Of a DNA stretch of 64,000 nt, positions 55,492-64,000 are shown in pieces (position 1 is the first letter of the stretch; the number at the start of each line of letters is the position of its first letter). A program made the translations under genes and the position numbers. This stretch comes from a virus. The notes below the pieces were generated by a model that did not search any database, had not been told where the DNA came from, and saw only the letters and a program-made list of their open reading frames with translations. The stretch lies in IMG/VR virus record IMGVR_UViG_3300031951_000015, positions 64,001 to 128,000 of that record; one strand, 5' to 3'.

Positions 55492-56508
55492 TTATGAAGG
55501 ATATCTGACGATGACTATTCCTGCTCCACCATTTCCACCACCTGCGGGACCATTTGGATGTCTTCCAGCGCCACCACCACCAGTTCCATAAACTCCTGGA
55601 TTTCCACTAGCTGAACCACCACCACCTAATCCACCAGCCCCTGTTCTATTTGTACCTGTGCTACTATATACACCTCCTCCTCCACCACCACCATAGTAAC
55701 CTGATGCGCCTACGGCAGGAATAAAAGCAGGTTGTTCAGGAGCAGGTATTGCCGGTCCAATGATAGGTCCAGGAAAATCTCCAAATGCAACTCCAATACC
55801 ACCATCACCACCACCAGGATCATTTCCAGGAGTAGAAACACCAGCTGCACCTGCGCCTCCACCGCCAGAAGTGCCATACCCACCAGTTGGAACAGAAAAT
55901 CCACCAGGATTTCCATAGTCAGTTAATGCTGGATTAGTTCCTGGTTGTGTTGCCTGACCAGATGCAGGCGCTGGATCTCCTCCAGATGATCCACCACCAG
56001 ATCCTCCTGGTTGTCCAAAATTATGACCGGGTCCAGCATCGTAATAATTGGATCCAGCTCCACCACCACCTTTTGCCAGTACATAGTTTGGTTGACCAAA
56101 TATTGGAACTCCGGGAGTTCCAAAGTAACTATTTCCACCAGGACTTCCCTGAGGAACTTGTGGAGCAACTGCGACAGGACCATAACCCTTTGTGCCTGGT
56201 GCGCCAACTTGAACTGGATATATTCCAGCAGCTAAAGTTTTGGATGCACCATAAACAACACCGCCAGCTCCACCGCCAGCACCATAATAGTTACCACCTC
56301 CTCCACCACCAGCAACAACTAAAATATTGACAACCTTAGGAGATGGTAATGAAAAACTAGTAGAATTTGGATAAGTAAAAACATGATAAGTATACCCATT
56401 TCCTGGAGTTAATATTGTACCTCCAGTTGCCGAACCACCACTAGAAACAGCAGAAGAACTAAAACTCATTCCGAGTTTGTCAGCAATTCTAGAAAGTAAA
56501 GGTGCCAT
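55492..56508 (-). CDS. Gly/Pro-rich adhesin-like fibre-tip protein
   Basis: ATGG..PGNGY.YH.F, VVAGGGGG, GG.GIVIVRY. Confidence 0.78.
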   Translation of the reverse strand: MAPLLSRIADKLGMSFSSSAVSSGGSATGGTILTPGNGYTYHVFTYPNSTSFSLPSPKVVNILVVAGGGGGGNYYGAGGGAGGVVYGASKTLAAGIYPVQVGAPGTKGYGPVAVAPQVPQGSPGGNSYFGTPGVPIFGQPNYVLAKGGGGAGSNYYDAGPGHNFGQPGGSGGGSSGGDPAPASGQATQPGTNPALTDYGNPGGFSVPTGGYGTSGGGGAGAAGVSTPGNDPGGGDGGIGVAFGDFPGPIIGPAIPAPEQPAFIPAVGASGYYGGGGGGGVYSSTGTNRTGAGGLGGGGSASGNPGVYGTGGGGAGRHPNGPAGGGNGGAGIVIVRYPS

Positions 56509-56509
56509 A

Positions 56510-57295
56510 TCAATAGAATCTATAATTTCCGTTTGCGCTTCCCGTGACAGTATAACTTGTTATAGCACCATCACCGACAGTATCTATACCAACAAAGTTA
56601 TAATAATCAATACAAGAAGTATTACCTGCGGATACAGTTCCAGATGCCCAACGAATTGTTCTTTGAGTTCCGTTGAAGAAAATACTGGAGCAAGCATATC
56701 CAGTTGAACCCTGATTTATAATTACCGTTAAACTAATTACTTTATTACTAAAATTAGTTGTGGGAATATTATTTACATGCAAGGAAATTGGACCAGATGG
56801 TGATCTTACAATTCCAATGTTTCCTTCTCCCGCACTAAAATCAATTGTTACTGATGTTGCAGTTCCTACTTTAATCTCCTCTGCAACTGATTTAAATCTT
56901 GTCTCATCAGGAATTAGAGTTGTTAGGGTAGTGACTCCGGAATTAACCACAATACCACCAGCAGTAACTCTAACACCAGTCCTTGCTGTGACTAACCCAA
57001 CCGAGTCAATATTAGTTACGTCTTCATAAGTTAAAGTTCCACCTACCGAAACATTACCACTGAAAGTTGCAGTGGTTCCAGTTACATTTCCAACAGTAAT
57101 ATTGGGAGTTCCTGATAGTCCAGTAGCACTACCAGTTAGATTTCCACTAAAAGTCGTGGCGGTTACAATGCCAGTGAGGTTAATACTACCAGCACCAGAG
57201 ATCGTACCAGTGGAAGGAACTGTTGCACCATAGGTTAGTTCAGGTGCGCCAGTTGCATTTTTATTTACTAGTTGATCCGATCTAAGCCTAGACAT
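56510..57295 (-). CDS. Tail fibre module
   Basis: MSRLRSD...GAP; TYEDVTNIDSVG; C-terminus similar to 51140..52045. Confidence 0.78.
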   Translation of the reverse strand: MSRLRSDQLVNKNATGAPELTYGATVPSTGTISGAGSINLTGIVTATTFSGNLTGSATGLSGTPNITVGNVTGTTATFSGNVSVGGTLTYEDVTNIDSVGLVTARTGVRVTAGGIVVNSGVTTLTTLIPDETRFKSVAEEIKVGTATSVTIDFSAGEGNIGIVRSPSGPISLHVNNIPTTNFSNKVISLTVIINQGSTGYACSSIFFNGTQRTIRWASGTVSAGNTSCIDYYNFVGIDTVGDGAITSYTVTGSANGNYRFY

Positions 57296-57325
57296 TAAAT
57301 TATCCTAGTACCAATTTAACTGTAT

Positions 57326-58861
57326 TTATATGTTCAATTCATATACATCAATTATAAAATCATCACTATCAAGAATTAAGTCATATGGAGATTCAATTTT
57401 AACTTCTTGATATTTCACAAAAGTAACGTTATGTCCTACCTTTGGGGCAACAGTTGAAGTAGCACCTACACTTATCACTGTTGGCATACTGATGACTTCA
57501 CCCAAGAATGATCCACTACCAGTAGCAAGAGTCTCTTCACCACCTCCAATCTGTCCAGTTAATGAAGTATTGATTATCAAGTTATCAATTGTTGAATCCA
57601 GAATTGTATTCTGAACGACAGAACTATTGATGACAACATCTACAATATCACCAGCAATCGCAGGTTCTGCAAGAGTAATTGTTGTGCTATTAGTTTCAGT
57701 AAAGTCCGTTGCAGATAAACGAACACCGTTCAGATATACATCAACATATCCAGTATTATAAGAATTAGTTAAACTGAATACTGTTCTTGATGAACTAACA
57801 TTAAAGGTTTCTTTGTAAATGACACCAGATGCACCTCCACCAGAACCAGAGATAGTAACTTCAACAGTATTTCCAACCTGACGAATACTATTTCCAGATC
57901 CAACAAAGTTAATGGTTCTTACCGTACCAATCCCAAGGCCACCAGATTGAATTGCAACAACTGGATCACTCTCAATAATTGTAACTGGTCCAACTCTTCC
58001 ATAGAAAGAAGTTACATCACTATTGACTGGACTTGAAAATCCAATGTGACGAACTTGAATTTGAGTTCCTGCTGGTGGAGCACCAGTAAATGCAAGTACG
58101 GTATCATAAACAGAATAAGCACGAGTTCCATTATTATCTGATGCGTGCTGAACAACACCATCAATTGTGACTACAACACTTGCACTATTGGGAACTGACT
58201 GTGAAAGTGTAAAGTCAGTTGTGACTCCATCACCAGAGAAATTATCAAGTTTATTATCACTAATATCAAAGGTTGCCAGTGATTCGGCAATCACATATCC
58301 CCAAAAGATTTCTGATGATGTCGGTGCAGTCGCAAACTTAATATTACCACCAGCATCAATTGCAAATCCAGAACTTAAAGATAATAATTTATTTGGTTGC
58401 TGAATAACACCATTAATGGAGATTTGAAGTTGTGCGGCATCAGTGATTCTACAATGAGTTCCATTGTCTCTTGTAGGACGGAATGATGTATTGACTCCAT
58501 CAAAAGCAACATTCAGTGTATGTGCAGAACCAGTACCGACTAATGTTAGATTTCTTACAATATTATTCGTGGCATTTGATGCAGAGTCTGCCAGACTAAT
58601 GTTGTCTCGATCATACTTAATAATATAATAAGCGTTTCCACTTGTTAATCCACCAATACTAGTGCCACCACCATTGGTATATGTAACTCTTTGCCCAGTT
58701 ACAAAACGGTGTTCTAGAATTTTTATCGTATTATTTCCAACCGATACAATGCTAGAAGATGATCCATCAATCGTTGCGGTATATGATGAGATATCATCGA
58801 GTATTTTAAAGTTACTTGCAGTATCACCAGTGACGTGGTAATTTCCGATGTATGGGGACAT
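57326..58861 (-). CDS. Tail fibre base/baseplate-associated protein
   Basis: YIG N-terminus, LDDIS, GVIQ.P, DG.TT.FTL, VYLNGVRL repeats. Confidence 0.75.
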   Translation of the reverse strand: MSPYIGNYHVTGDTASNFKILDDISSYTATIDGSSSSIVSVGNNTIKILEHRFVTGQRVTYTNGGGTSIGGLTSGNAYYIIKYDRDNISLADSASNATNNIVRNLTLVGTGSAHTLNVAFDGVNTSFRPTRDNGTHCRITDAAQLQISINGVIQQPNKLLSLSSGFAIDAGGNIKFATAPTSSEIFWGYVIAESLATFDISDNKLDNFSGDGVTTDFTLSQSVPNSASVVVTIDGVVQHASDNNGTRAYSVYDTVLAFTGAPPAGTQIQVRHIGFSSPVNSDVTSFYGRVGPVTIIESDPVVAIQSGGLGIGTVRTINFVGSGNSIRQVGNTVEVTISGSGGGASGVIYKETFNVSSSRTVFSLTNSYNTGYVDVYLNGVRLSATDFTETNSTTITLAEPAIAGDIVDVVINSSVVQNTILDSTIDNLIINTSLTGQIGGGEETLATGSGSFLGEVISMPTVISVGATSTVAPKVGHNVTFVKYQEVKIESPYDLILDSDDFIIDVYELNI

Positions 58862-58887
58862 CTAATTTTGAGGTGCTTTCCTTGTTA

Positions 58888-59514
58888 TTATTTATTGGTT
58901 TGTTTAGACCATCTTTTATTGGCAGCATCACTTAATTTTTTTCTTGTTTCCTCTGTAATATTGCAAATACGTCCCAATACAAGTCCTTCAGATAGTTTTT
59001 CTTGAACTTTTATTCTCATTATTCTATGATTCTTTTTTGTTTTTGGGTCATACATCCAAACTAAATCCAGTTTTTTAAGTGTTTGTTTTCTTTTTATTGA
59101 ACTTTCTTCTGTAAAAACTTGAAGTGCTCTTGCTCTTCTAATCTTCTCTCTTGCACTTTCATTTAGAAAAAATTTACCTTTTTTAACTTTACTCATTTTT
59201 TCTTTTGTTTCTTGAGATGTAACTGCACCCTCTCTCGTAAATTTAGTCGAAGTTTGTTTTGCCCTATTAGCAAAATGTGAGTTAAGAGCAATATCATAAA
59301 AATTATGCAACTTTATTTCTGCACGAATTGCATCCTTTCTTGTTTTAAACGTTTCGATAATTACTTTTTGAGTGGGATTAAATGTTTTATCGTGAAATGA
59401 TCCAAAATAGTTTATATCTTGTTCCGGTAAGCAATTGCAACTTCTACACCCAATATACCCCCTACCCCACTCTTCATAAGAATAATAGGTATAATGATAC
59501 TTCTTATTAGACAT
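58888..59514 (-). CDS. GIY-YIG-like homing endonuclease with NUMOD3-like motifs
   Basis: HYTY-x9-YIG.R, YFGS, AEI.LH, F.N.A; SQETKEKMS and TEETRKKLS. Confidence 0.82.
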   Translation of the reverse strand: MSNKKYHYTYYSYEEWGRGYIGCRSCNCLPEQDINYFGSFHDKTFNPTQKVIIETFKTRKDAIRAEIKLHNFYDIALNSHFANRAKQTSTKFTREGAVTSQETKEKMSKVKKGKFFLNESAREKIRRARALQVFTEESSIKRKQTLKKLDLVWMYDPKTKKNHRIMRIKVQEKLSEGLVLGRICNITEETRKKLSDAANKRWSKQTNK

Positions 59515-59539
59515 TTCTTTACCATTAGGACCGCATATG

Positions 59540-59547
59540 TATTTATA
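59540..59547 (-). promoter_or_regulatory. Late promoter TATAAATA for the endonuclease
   Basis: tatttata on the plus strand. Confidence 0.8.
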
Positions 59548-59549
59548 TT

Positions 59550-59601
59550 AAAAAGGAGGGACTTACACCCTCCTCCTGATAAGATTGCGGTCCATCAGGT
59601 A
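59550..59601 (-). ncRNA. Putative ~52-nt two-hairpin sRNA (copy B)
   Basis: ATAAATA promoter at 59606-59612; stem CCUGAU/AUCAGG with loop GGACCGCAAUCUU; GGAGGG/CCCUCC-UUUUU terminator. Confidence 0.62.
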
Positions 59602-59615
59602 TTAATATTTATCAT

Positions 59616-59639
59616 AAAAAAAGAGGGGTAGAACCCCTC
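59616..59639 (-). terminator. Intrinsic terminator
   Basis: GAGGGG-ttcta-CCCCTC followed by T7. Confidence 0.82.
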
Positions 59640-59645
59640 AGTTTA

Positions 59646-60056
59646 TCATTCACCTGCTGGTGGTTCGGGAGTAAAGAGATCCCAAGCACCTGCTTCTTCA
59701 TCCCAACGATAAAATGAACGTGCTTCAATCTCCGCCTCGGTGAGTGCAGGAGCAGGTCCTACTGGTGATTCCCAATCAGCAGTTTCTTCATTCAGAATCC
59801 ACGAAGCAAATGGTTGTGGTGGAATGAAAGCATCAAGAGTTTCATTGTAAGAGTAACCAATACCTGCATAGCGAACTCTCATATTGTTATTGTATGAGGT
59901 TTGCTTCCAGTTGGTATCAGCACCTAGGAGTTTCTTACAAAATGCAACTCCGATTTCTTCTACTTCTACTCCATTAGAATCAGAAGTATCTTCGTTACTC
60001 ACAACAATGACTTGAGTAACAACGTTGTTTTCATCTAGTTGTGCAAAATGTGCCAT
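59646..60056 (-). CDS. Conserved fibre-associated protein (MAHFAQLDENN family)
   Basis: W.QTSYN...R.RYAGIG...DAFI.P.P..SW. Confidence 0.8.
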   Translation of the reverse strand: MAHFAQLDENNVVTQVIVVSNEDTSDSNGVEVEEIGVAFCKKLLGADTNWKQTSYNNNMRVRYAGIGYSYNETLDAFIPPQPFASWILNEETADWESPVGPAPALTEAEIEARSFYRWDEEAGAWDLFTPEPPAGE

Positions 60057-60160
60057 CGTTTTCTTATATGAATGATTATGACTGTGAAAGTATTTATTAT
60101 ACTATAAGTTTAGTATCCTGAAAAGTCAGATATGAATATTTATTGGAGTTGTTAAGCATT

Positions 60161-62152
60161 TTATGAAGGATATGCGATGAGAACGATACCAGAACCACCT
60201 TTACCACCATTTCCAGATACTGGTGTGTCTGTAGAAGCTCTCCATCCATTTCCACCTCCTCCACCTCCTCCTGTGTGAAGTTTTCCATCTTGACCACTTC
60301 TTCCATAAGATCTAACAACTCCTGGTGTTGTTTGACCAGCCCCACCACCTCCGCTACCACCAGCAGATCCTACTACGCTCGTCGGATATCCACTGCCGCC
60401 GCCTCCGCCACCAAACCAGAATCCACCTGGTGTTGGTGCGGCCGCTCCACCATATCCTCCTGGATCGCCATAAGCAGAACCTGGATCTCTAAAAGAAGGT
60501 GGTGCCTGTATTCCATATCCACCAGCACCACTACTTATATTTGGAGAAGTTCCATTAGAACCAACTGCTCCCGCACCACCTCCACCAGCACCTTCATAAG
60601 GTCCAGAATTTCCGCCATTATTTCCATATTGTATTATTCCAGGAATTCCTGGGTTTTGTGATGGTTGAGATGCTGGTCCAGGAACAGCAGTGTAGTGAGA
60701 TCCTCCACCAGAACCACCAGTTGACGCATTTCCAGCACTACCACCACCTTTACCACCACCTTTTGCTGTTACTGTTGTTGGTCCAGGATAAGATAAAGTT
60801 GTATCAGATCCAGTAGATTCCGCTCCACCTCCAGCACCTACAGTAATAGATAACGCATTTGGAGATCCTGTAGAAACAGTAAATGCTGGATTATAAACTA
60901 TTCCACCAGCTCCACCACCACCACCTGCGCCTATGCCAGTATTACCAACTCCTCCTCCACCTCCACCAGCAACAATCATGTATTCAATATTTAAAGGAGA
61001 ACCTGATACATTTGTAAAAGTTCCTGTTGCCAAGAAAGTATGAATTGTTTTATTATTATAAAAACTTACAATACCTCCTGTTGCTTTTATAGATGAGATT
61101 GATTTTAGATATCTTACTACTACAATACCAGATCCACCATTTCCAGCTACTATACCATCAGCACCAGAAGCTCCTCCTGCTCCAGTATATTGATCTCCAT
61201 TGTATGGTTGGGGACTTTCCCCACCACCACCAGCACCGCCACCAAATGGTGCATTTCCTGGATAATTTTCTCCACCTCCGCCACCACCATAATATCCACT
61301 ATGGGGTGCTAGAGCAGGTACACCAATCAGTGGTCCATTAAATTCTGAAAATTGAATTCCATTTCCACCAAATCCTTGAGATACTGGCGCTGCATTAGCA
61401 CTGTCATTATGCGATCCACCAGCCTCTGCGGCACCACCGCCGCCAGATCCATCTCCCGGATTTGGTCCAATTGGAGCTCCACCGGGACTTCCATAATTTA
61501 TCCATCCTGATGGTGCTGTTGGATGTGTTTGTGATGGTTGAGTTCCAGTAGCTAAAACATTTGAATAATTACCTCCATATCCACCACCGCCTCCACCAGA
61601 ACCACCAGGACTTCCAGCAATTCCAAAATATCCACCACCACCACCACCTTTTGCAGTTAATCCACCAAAAGTACTATCCGAACCATTCTGACCAATATTA
61701 GGAGAACTAATTCCACCAGCACCTCCACCTCCAACAGAAACCGGAATTGTAAGTGGATATGGTCCGGATGATACATTATATGTTGCGTGCCTAACAACAC
61801 CACCAGCACCGCCGCCACCGCTACCATTTCCTACAGGAACTGCAGTTTTTCCCCCACCTCCACCACCTGCAACAACTAAAACATCAATAAAACCTGGATG
61901 TTGTGGTGATATGGATTCTATGATAAAAGTGCTAGGTCCAACAGTTGAGGTGAATGTGTGATATGCATAATTATTTCCTGGTTCTAATCCATTAATATCT
62001 CCACCAGTTGCAGCGATAAGTGGTGGTGGAGGAGGAATATTTGGTCCAGCATTTGCACCACCACCACGAATAAAAGATTTACGGAAGTACTCTAATAAGT
62101 GCCCGTCGCTTCTATTATTTTGCGTTGTATTCTTAGAACTTCTTGCACCCAT
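60161..62152 (-). CDS. Gly-rich adhesin-like protein with two tandem Gly-rich units
   Basis: Two ATGG...H.F...VAGGGGG...GGSGIV units. Confidence 0.78.
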   Translation of the reverse strand: MGARSSKNTTQNNRSDGHLLEYFRKSFIRGGGANAGPNIPPPPPLIAATGGDINGLEPGNNYAYHTFTSTVGPSTFIIESISPQHPGFIDVLVVAGGGGGGKTAVPVGNGSGGGGAGGVVRHATYNVSSGPYPLTIPVSVGGGGAGGISSPNIGQNGSDSTFGGLTAKGGGGGGYFGIAGSPGGSGGGGGGYGGNYSNVLATGTQPSQTHPTAPSGWINYGSPGGAPIGPNPGDGSGGGGAAEAGGSHNDSANAAPVSQGFGGNGIQFSEFNGPLIGVPALAPHSGYYGGGGGGENYPGNAPFGGGAGGGGESPQPYNGDQYTGAGGASGADGIVAGNGGSGIVVVRYLKSISSIKATGGIVSFYNNKTIHTFLATGTFTNVSGSPLNIEYMIVAGGGGGGVGNTGIGAGGGGGAGGIVYNPAFTVSTGSPNALSITVGAGGGAESTGSDTTLSYPGPTTVTAKGGGKGGGSAGNASTGGSGGGSHYTAVPGPASQPSQNPGIPGIIQYGNNGGNSGPYEGAGGGGAGAVGSNGTSPNISSGAGGYGIQAPPSFRDPGSAYGDPGGYGGAAAPTPGGFWFGGGGGGSGYPTSVVGSAGGSGGGGAGQTTPGVVRSYGRSGQDGKLHTGGGGGGGNGWRASTDTPVSGNGGKGGSGIVLIAYPS

Positions 62153-62167
62153 TATACTTACCTCTTA

Positions 62168-62575
62168 TCAGATGTCTGTATCACCGAGAATTTGATAGTT
62201 GATAGCACTACCAATACCTGCTCCTCCAACCACGTTCGCTGGTTGTGTAACTTCTACAACAATCTTTTCTTGGTTTGTAAGAACCAGTGGATAGTTCATT
62301 TCAAAGAAGAAAGTTTCGTTTGCATTTAGATCTACTCTTGCCAATCTATATGCCGTCTGCCCAACACCAGAAACCGTAACGCTACTTGGGTAAACGTAGA
62401 GTGATGAAGTAGCAGTTGAAAGTCCAGTGTTGTGCATTACCACACCACGAAGATAGGTGGTTGATGCAATACCAACACCACCAGCAGTTGCAGTGGTTCC
62501 TACAGTTAAAATACCTACTGTATTAATGCCAGTAACTGCCTGAATACCTAATAATTTAGTTCTTTTGAGTGCCAT
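62168..62575 (-). CDS. Putative structural protein
   Basis: ORF with late promoter upstream. Confidence 0.7.
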   Translation of the reverse strand: MALKRTKLLGIQAVTGINTVGILTVGTTATAGGVGIASTTYLRGVVMHNTGLSTATSSLYVYPSSVTVSGVGQTAYRLARVDLNANETFFFEMNYPLVLTNQEKIVVEVTQPANVVGGAGIGSAINYQILGDTDI

Positions 62576-62597
62576 CGGTATATACTTTTTAAGTTAT

Positions 62598-63221
62598 TTA
62601 GTTAAACAGTGCGGCGTCAAGTTCATTAAAATCTCCACCTCCACCACCAGACACTGGAAGGTTTGTCAGATTAGCGCCAGATCCAACAAAACTTGTTGCG
62701 TACATAGTTCCAGTAACTGTCGCACCAACTCCCAAAGTTTCAAACTTCTTACTGTTATCATGATAAAGTTCGGCGGAACCATTGCCAACAAACTTCGCCA
62801 TTGTTTCACCAGTTGAATGGTGTTGAATAATGACGTTAGTGGAACCAGAAAGATATAGATCTCCTGCTCCAGTATCCTCCACATAACTATTGGTTCCATC
62901 ATGATAGATTCTTAAATCATCACTATCACCAAAGTTTGCTTTAACATTATCACCAAGATTAATATCTTGAGCAAATGTTGAGATACCAGAAACAGAAAGA
63001 CCAGTAACTGTGATACTAGGTGATCCAGTTAAACCAGTTGCATTTCCACTGAATGTACCACTGAATCCACCGCTAAATGTAGTGGCGGTAATAATTCCGG
63101 AAGAGTTTATATTTCCTACACTACTAATCCCAGAACCCCCAAGATCAAGATTGTCTCCTACTTGGAGTTCTTGAAGTTGTCCAGCACTTGGATTATAAAT
63201 CAGCGGATATCTATTCGCCAT
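62598..63221 (-). CDS. Tail fibre-like protein
   Basis: FG...DL.IYHDG, ELYHDNSKKFET repeats typical of cyanophage fibres. Confidence 0.75.
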   Translation of the reverse strand: MANRYPLIYNPSAGQLQELQVGDNLDLGGSGISSVGNINSSGIITATTFSGGFSGTFSGNATGLTGSPSITVTGLSVSGISTFAQDINLGDNVKANFGDSDDLRIYHDGTNSYVEDTGAGDLYLSGSTNVIIQHHSTGETMAKFVGNGSAELYHDNSKKFETLGVGATVTGTMYATSFVGSGANLTNLPVSGGGGGDFNELDAALFN

Positions 63222-63246
63222 TATATCTGAATAGTCTTTGGATTAT

Positions 63247-63648
63247 TTATGCTACATTGAAAGAGATGAATCCCTTTGTTCCGTCTCTTCGAAGGACTCC
63301 AAGTTGCTCTCCATTTAATGCAAGTGTTGCTGCACTAGTTCTAGTTCCAATCGTTAAACTTGTAAGTGCAGTCGTATTTAATGTAGTTCCAAGAACTATA
63401 CAATAAAAATTTGATGTTGCATCAGGTGGCGAAGCAAACGTGATTTGATTTTCTTGAACAACAAAAGACTTGATAGGTTCTTGAATAACACCATCAAGTG
63501 AAAGAAGTAGAGTATAAGCGTTTGATGTAAAAAATGGAGAACCACCAAGCGTGAGATTAAATGTTACCTTACTTCCATCAAACTCATCAGAGATATCATC
63601 AAGTTTGAGATAGGGGCCCGTTGCTTGGGGTCTTCCGATATATGCCAT
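63247..63648 (-). CDS. Tail/baseplate-associated protein
   Basis: MAYIG, LDDIS..FDG, DGVIQEP, F..PP; shares its domain with 57326..58861. Confidence 0.72.
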   Translation of the reverse strand: MAYIGRPQATGPYLKLDDISDEFDGSKVTFNLTLGGSPFFTSNAYTLLLSLDGVIQEPIKSFVVQENQITFASPPDATSNFYCIVLGTTLNTTALTSLTIGTRTSAATLALNGEQLGVLRRDGTKGFISFNVA

Positions 63649-63665
63649 TGAGGGTTTTTAGATAT

Positions 63666-64000
63666 TTATGATGCCAAGTATCGAACAATAACTATTCCAG
63701 ATCCTCCGTTAGCTGTTGGAGCAGTAAATGTAGTATATTGACCTCCACCTCCGCCACCTCCGGTATAAACTACACCGTTGTTCCCATTTCCACCTTGTGC
63801 TGATACAGCACCACCGCCAGTTCCGGGTCCACCAGGTCCTCCTCCACCAGGTCCCCCAGATCCACCGGTGGATCTACCGCCAGCACCTCCTCCTCCACCA
63901 AAAAGACCAGTTGGTCCCACTGCGGATGTCCATGCCGTTCTTTCTGGAGAAGGTATAGCAGGAGCAATAATAGGTGCAGGAAAACCTGGAAATGGTTGTC
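63666..64000 (-). CDS. Gly-rich adhesin-like protein, 3' part (runs off the window)
   Basis: Ends GGSGIVIVRYLAS; frame open to the window edge. Confidence 0.75.
   Translation of the reverse strand, partial: QPFPGFPAPIIAPAIPSPERTAWTSAVGPTGLFGGGGGAGGRSTGGSGGPGGGGPGGPGTGGGAVSAQGGNGNNGVVYTGGGGGGGQYTTFTAPTANGGSGIVIVRYLAS

Noticed and set aside
49728-64000. Diversity-generating retroelement or invertase shufflon acting on the tip genes
   Set aside because: No reverse transcriptase or recombinase in the window, no adenine-specific TR/VR pair noticed, and all cassettes are co-oriented
1-64000. Alternative genetic code or photosystem genes
   Set aside because: Genes read through cleanly in the standard code with all three stops used; no psbA, psbD or hli recognised in this window

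Overview
This 64 kb window is part of a T4-like cyanobacterial myovirus genome (Kyanoviridae-like; a freshwater host is an inference). Almost all genes are on the minus strand, except a plus-strand gp4-gp2-gp48-gp53 block at 38.6-41.2 kb. Layout: (1) 1-16.2 kb is a hypervariable early region of small ORFs with CP12, a HiPIP-like protein, free-standing endonucleases, an amino-methyltransferase, an HNH protein and an SF2 helicase; (2) 16.6-26.7 kb holds virion/fibre genes and a flavin halogenase; (3) 27.0-27.5 kb holds three tRNAs, one a tRNA-Leu(UAA) with a 200-nt group I intron; (4) 28-41 kb holds baseplate and tail genes; (5) 41-49 kb holds a Mom-like gene, gp32, gp59, gp33, an exonuclease, PhoH, ThyX, tandem glutamine riboswitches with DUF4278, and glutaredoxin; (6) 49-64 kb is a repeated fibre plus Gly-rich adhesin array interleaved with tailoring enzymes. 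Best novelty candidates: (a) a conserved promoter-small RNA-terminator-promoter cassette in front of two distant GIY-YIG-like endonucleases, whose variable hairpin loop is complementary to, and co-varies with, the 5' end of its own nuclease mRNA (a third, unrelated scaffold uses the same logic for an HNH-AP2 gene); (b) a glutamine riboswitch aptamer with a complete 51-codon ORF nested in its P2 loop; (c) a HiPIP-like Fe-S protein starting with a T4-type capsid-targeting sequence; (d) a plug-and-socket branched fibre array. All calls come from motif recognition by eye; no searches were run.
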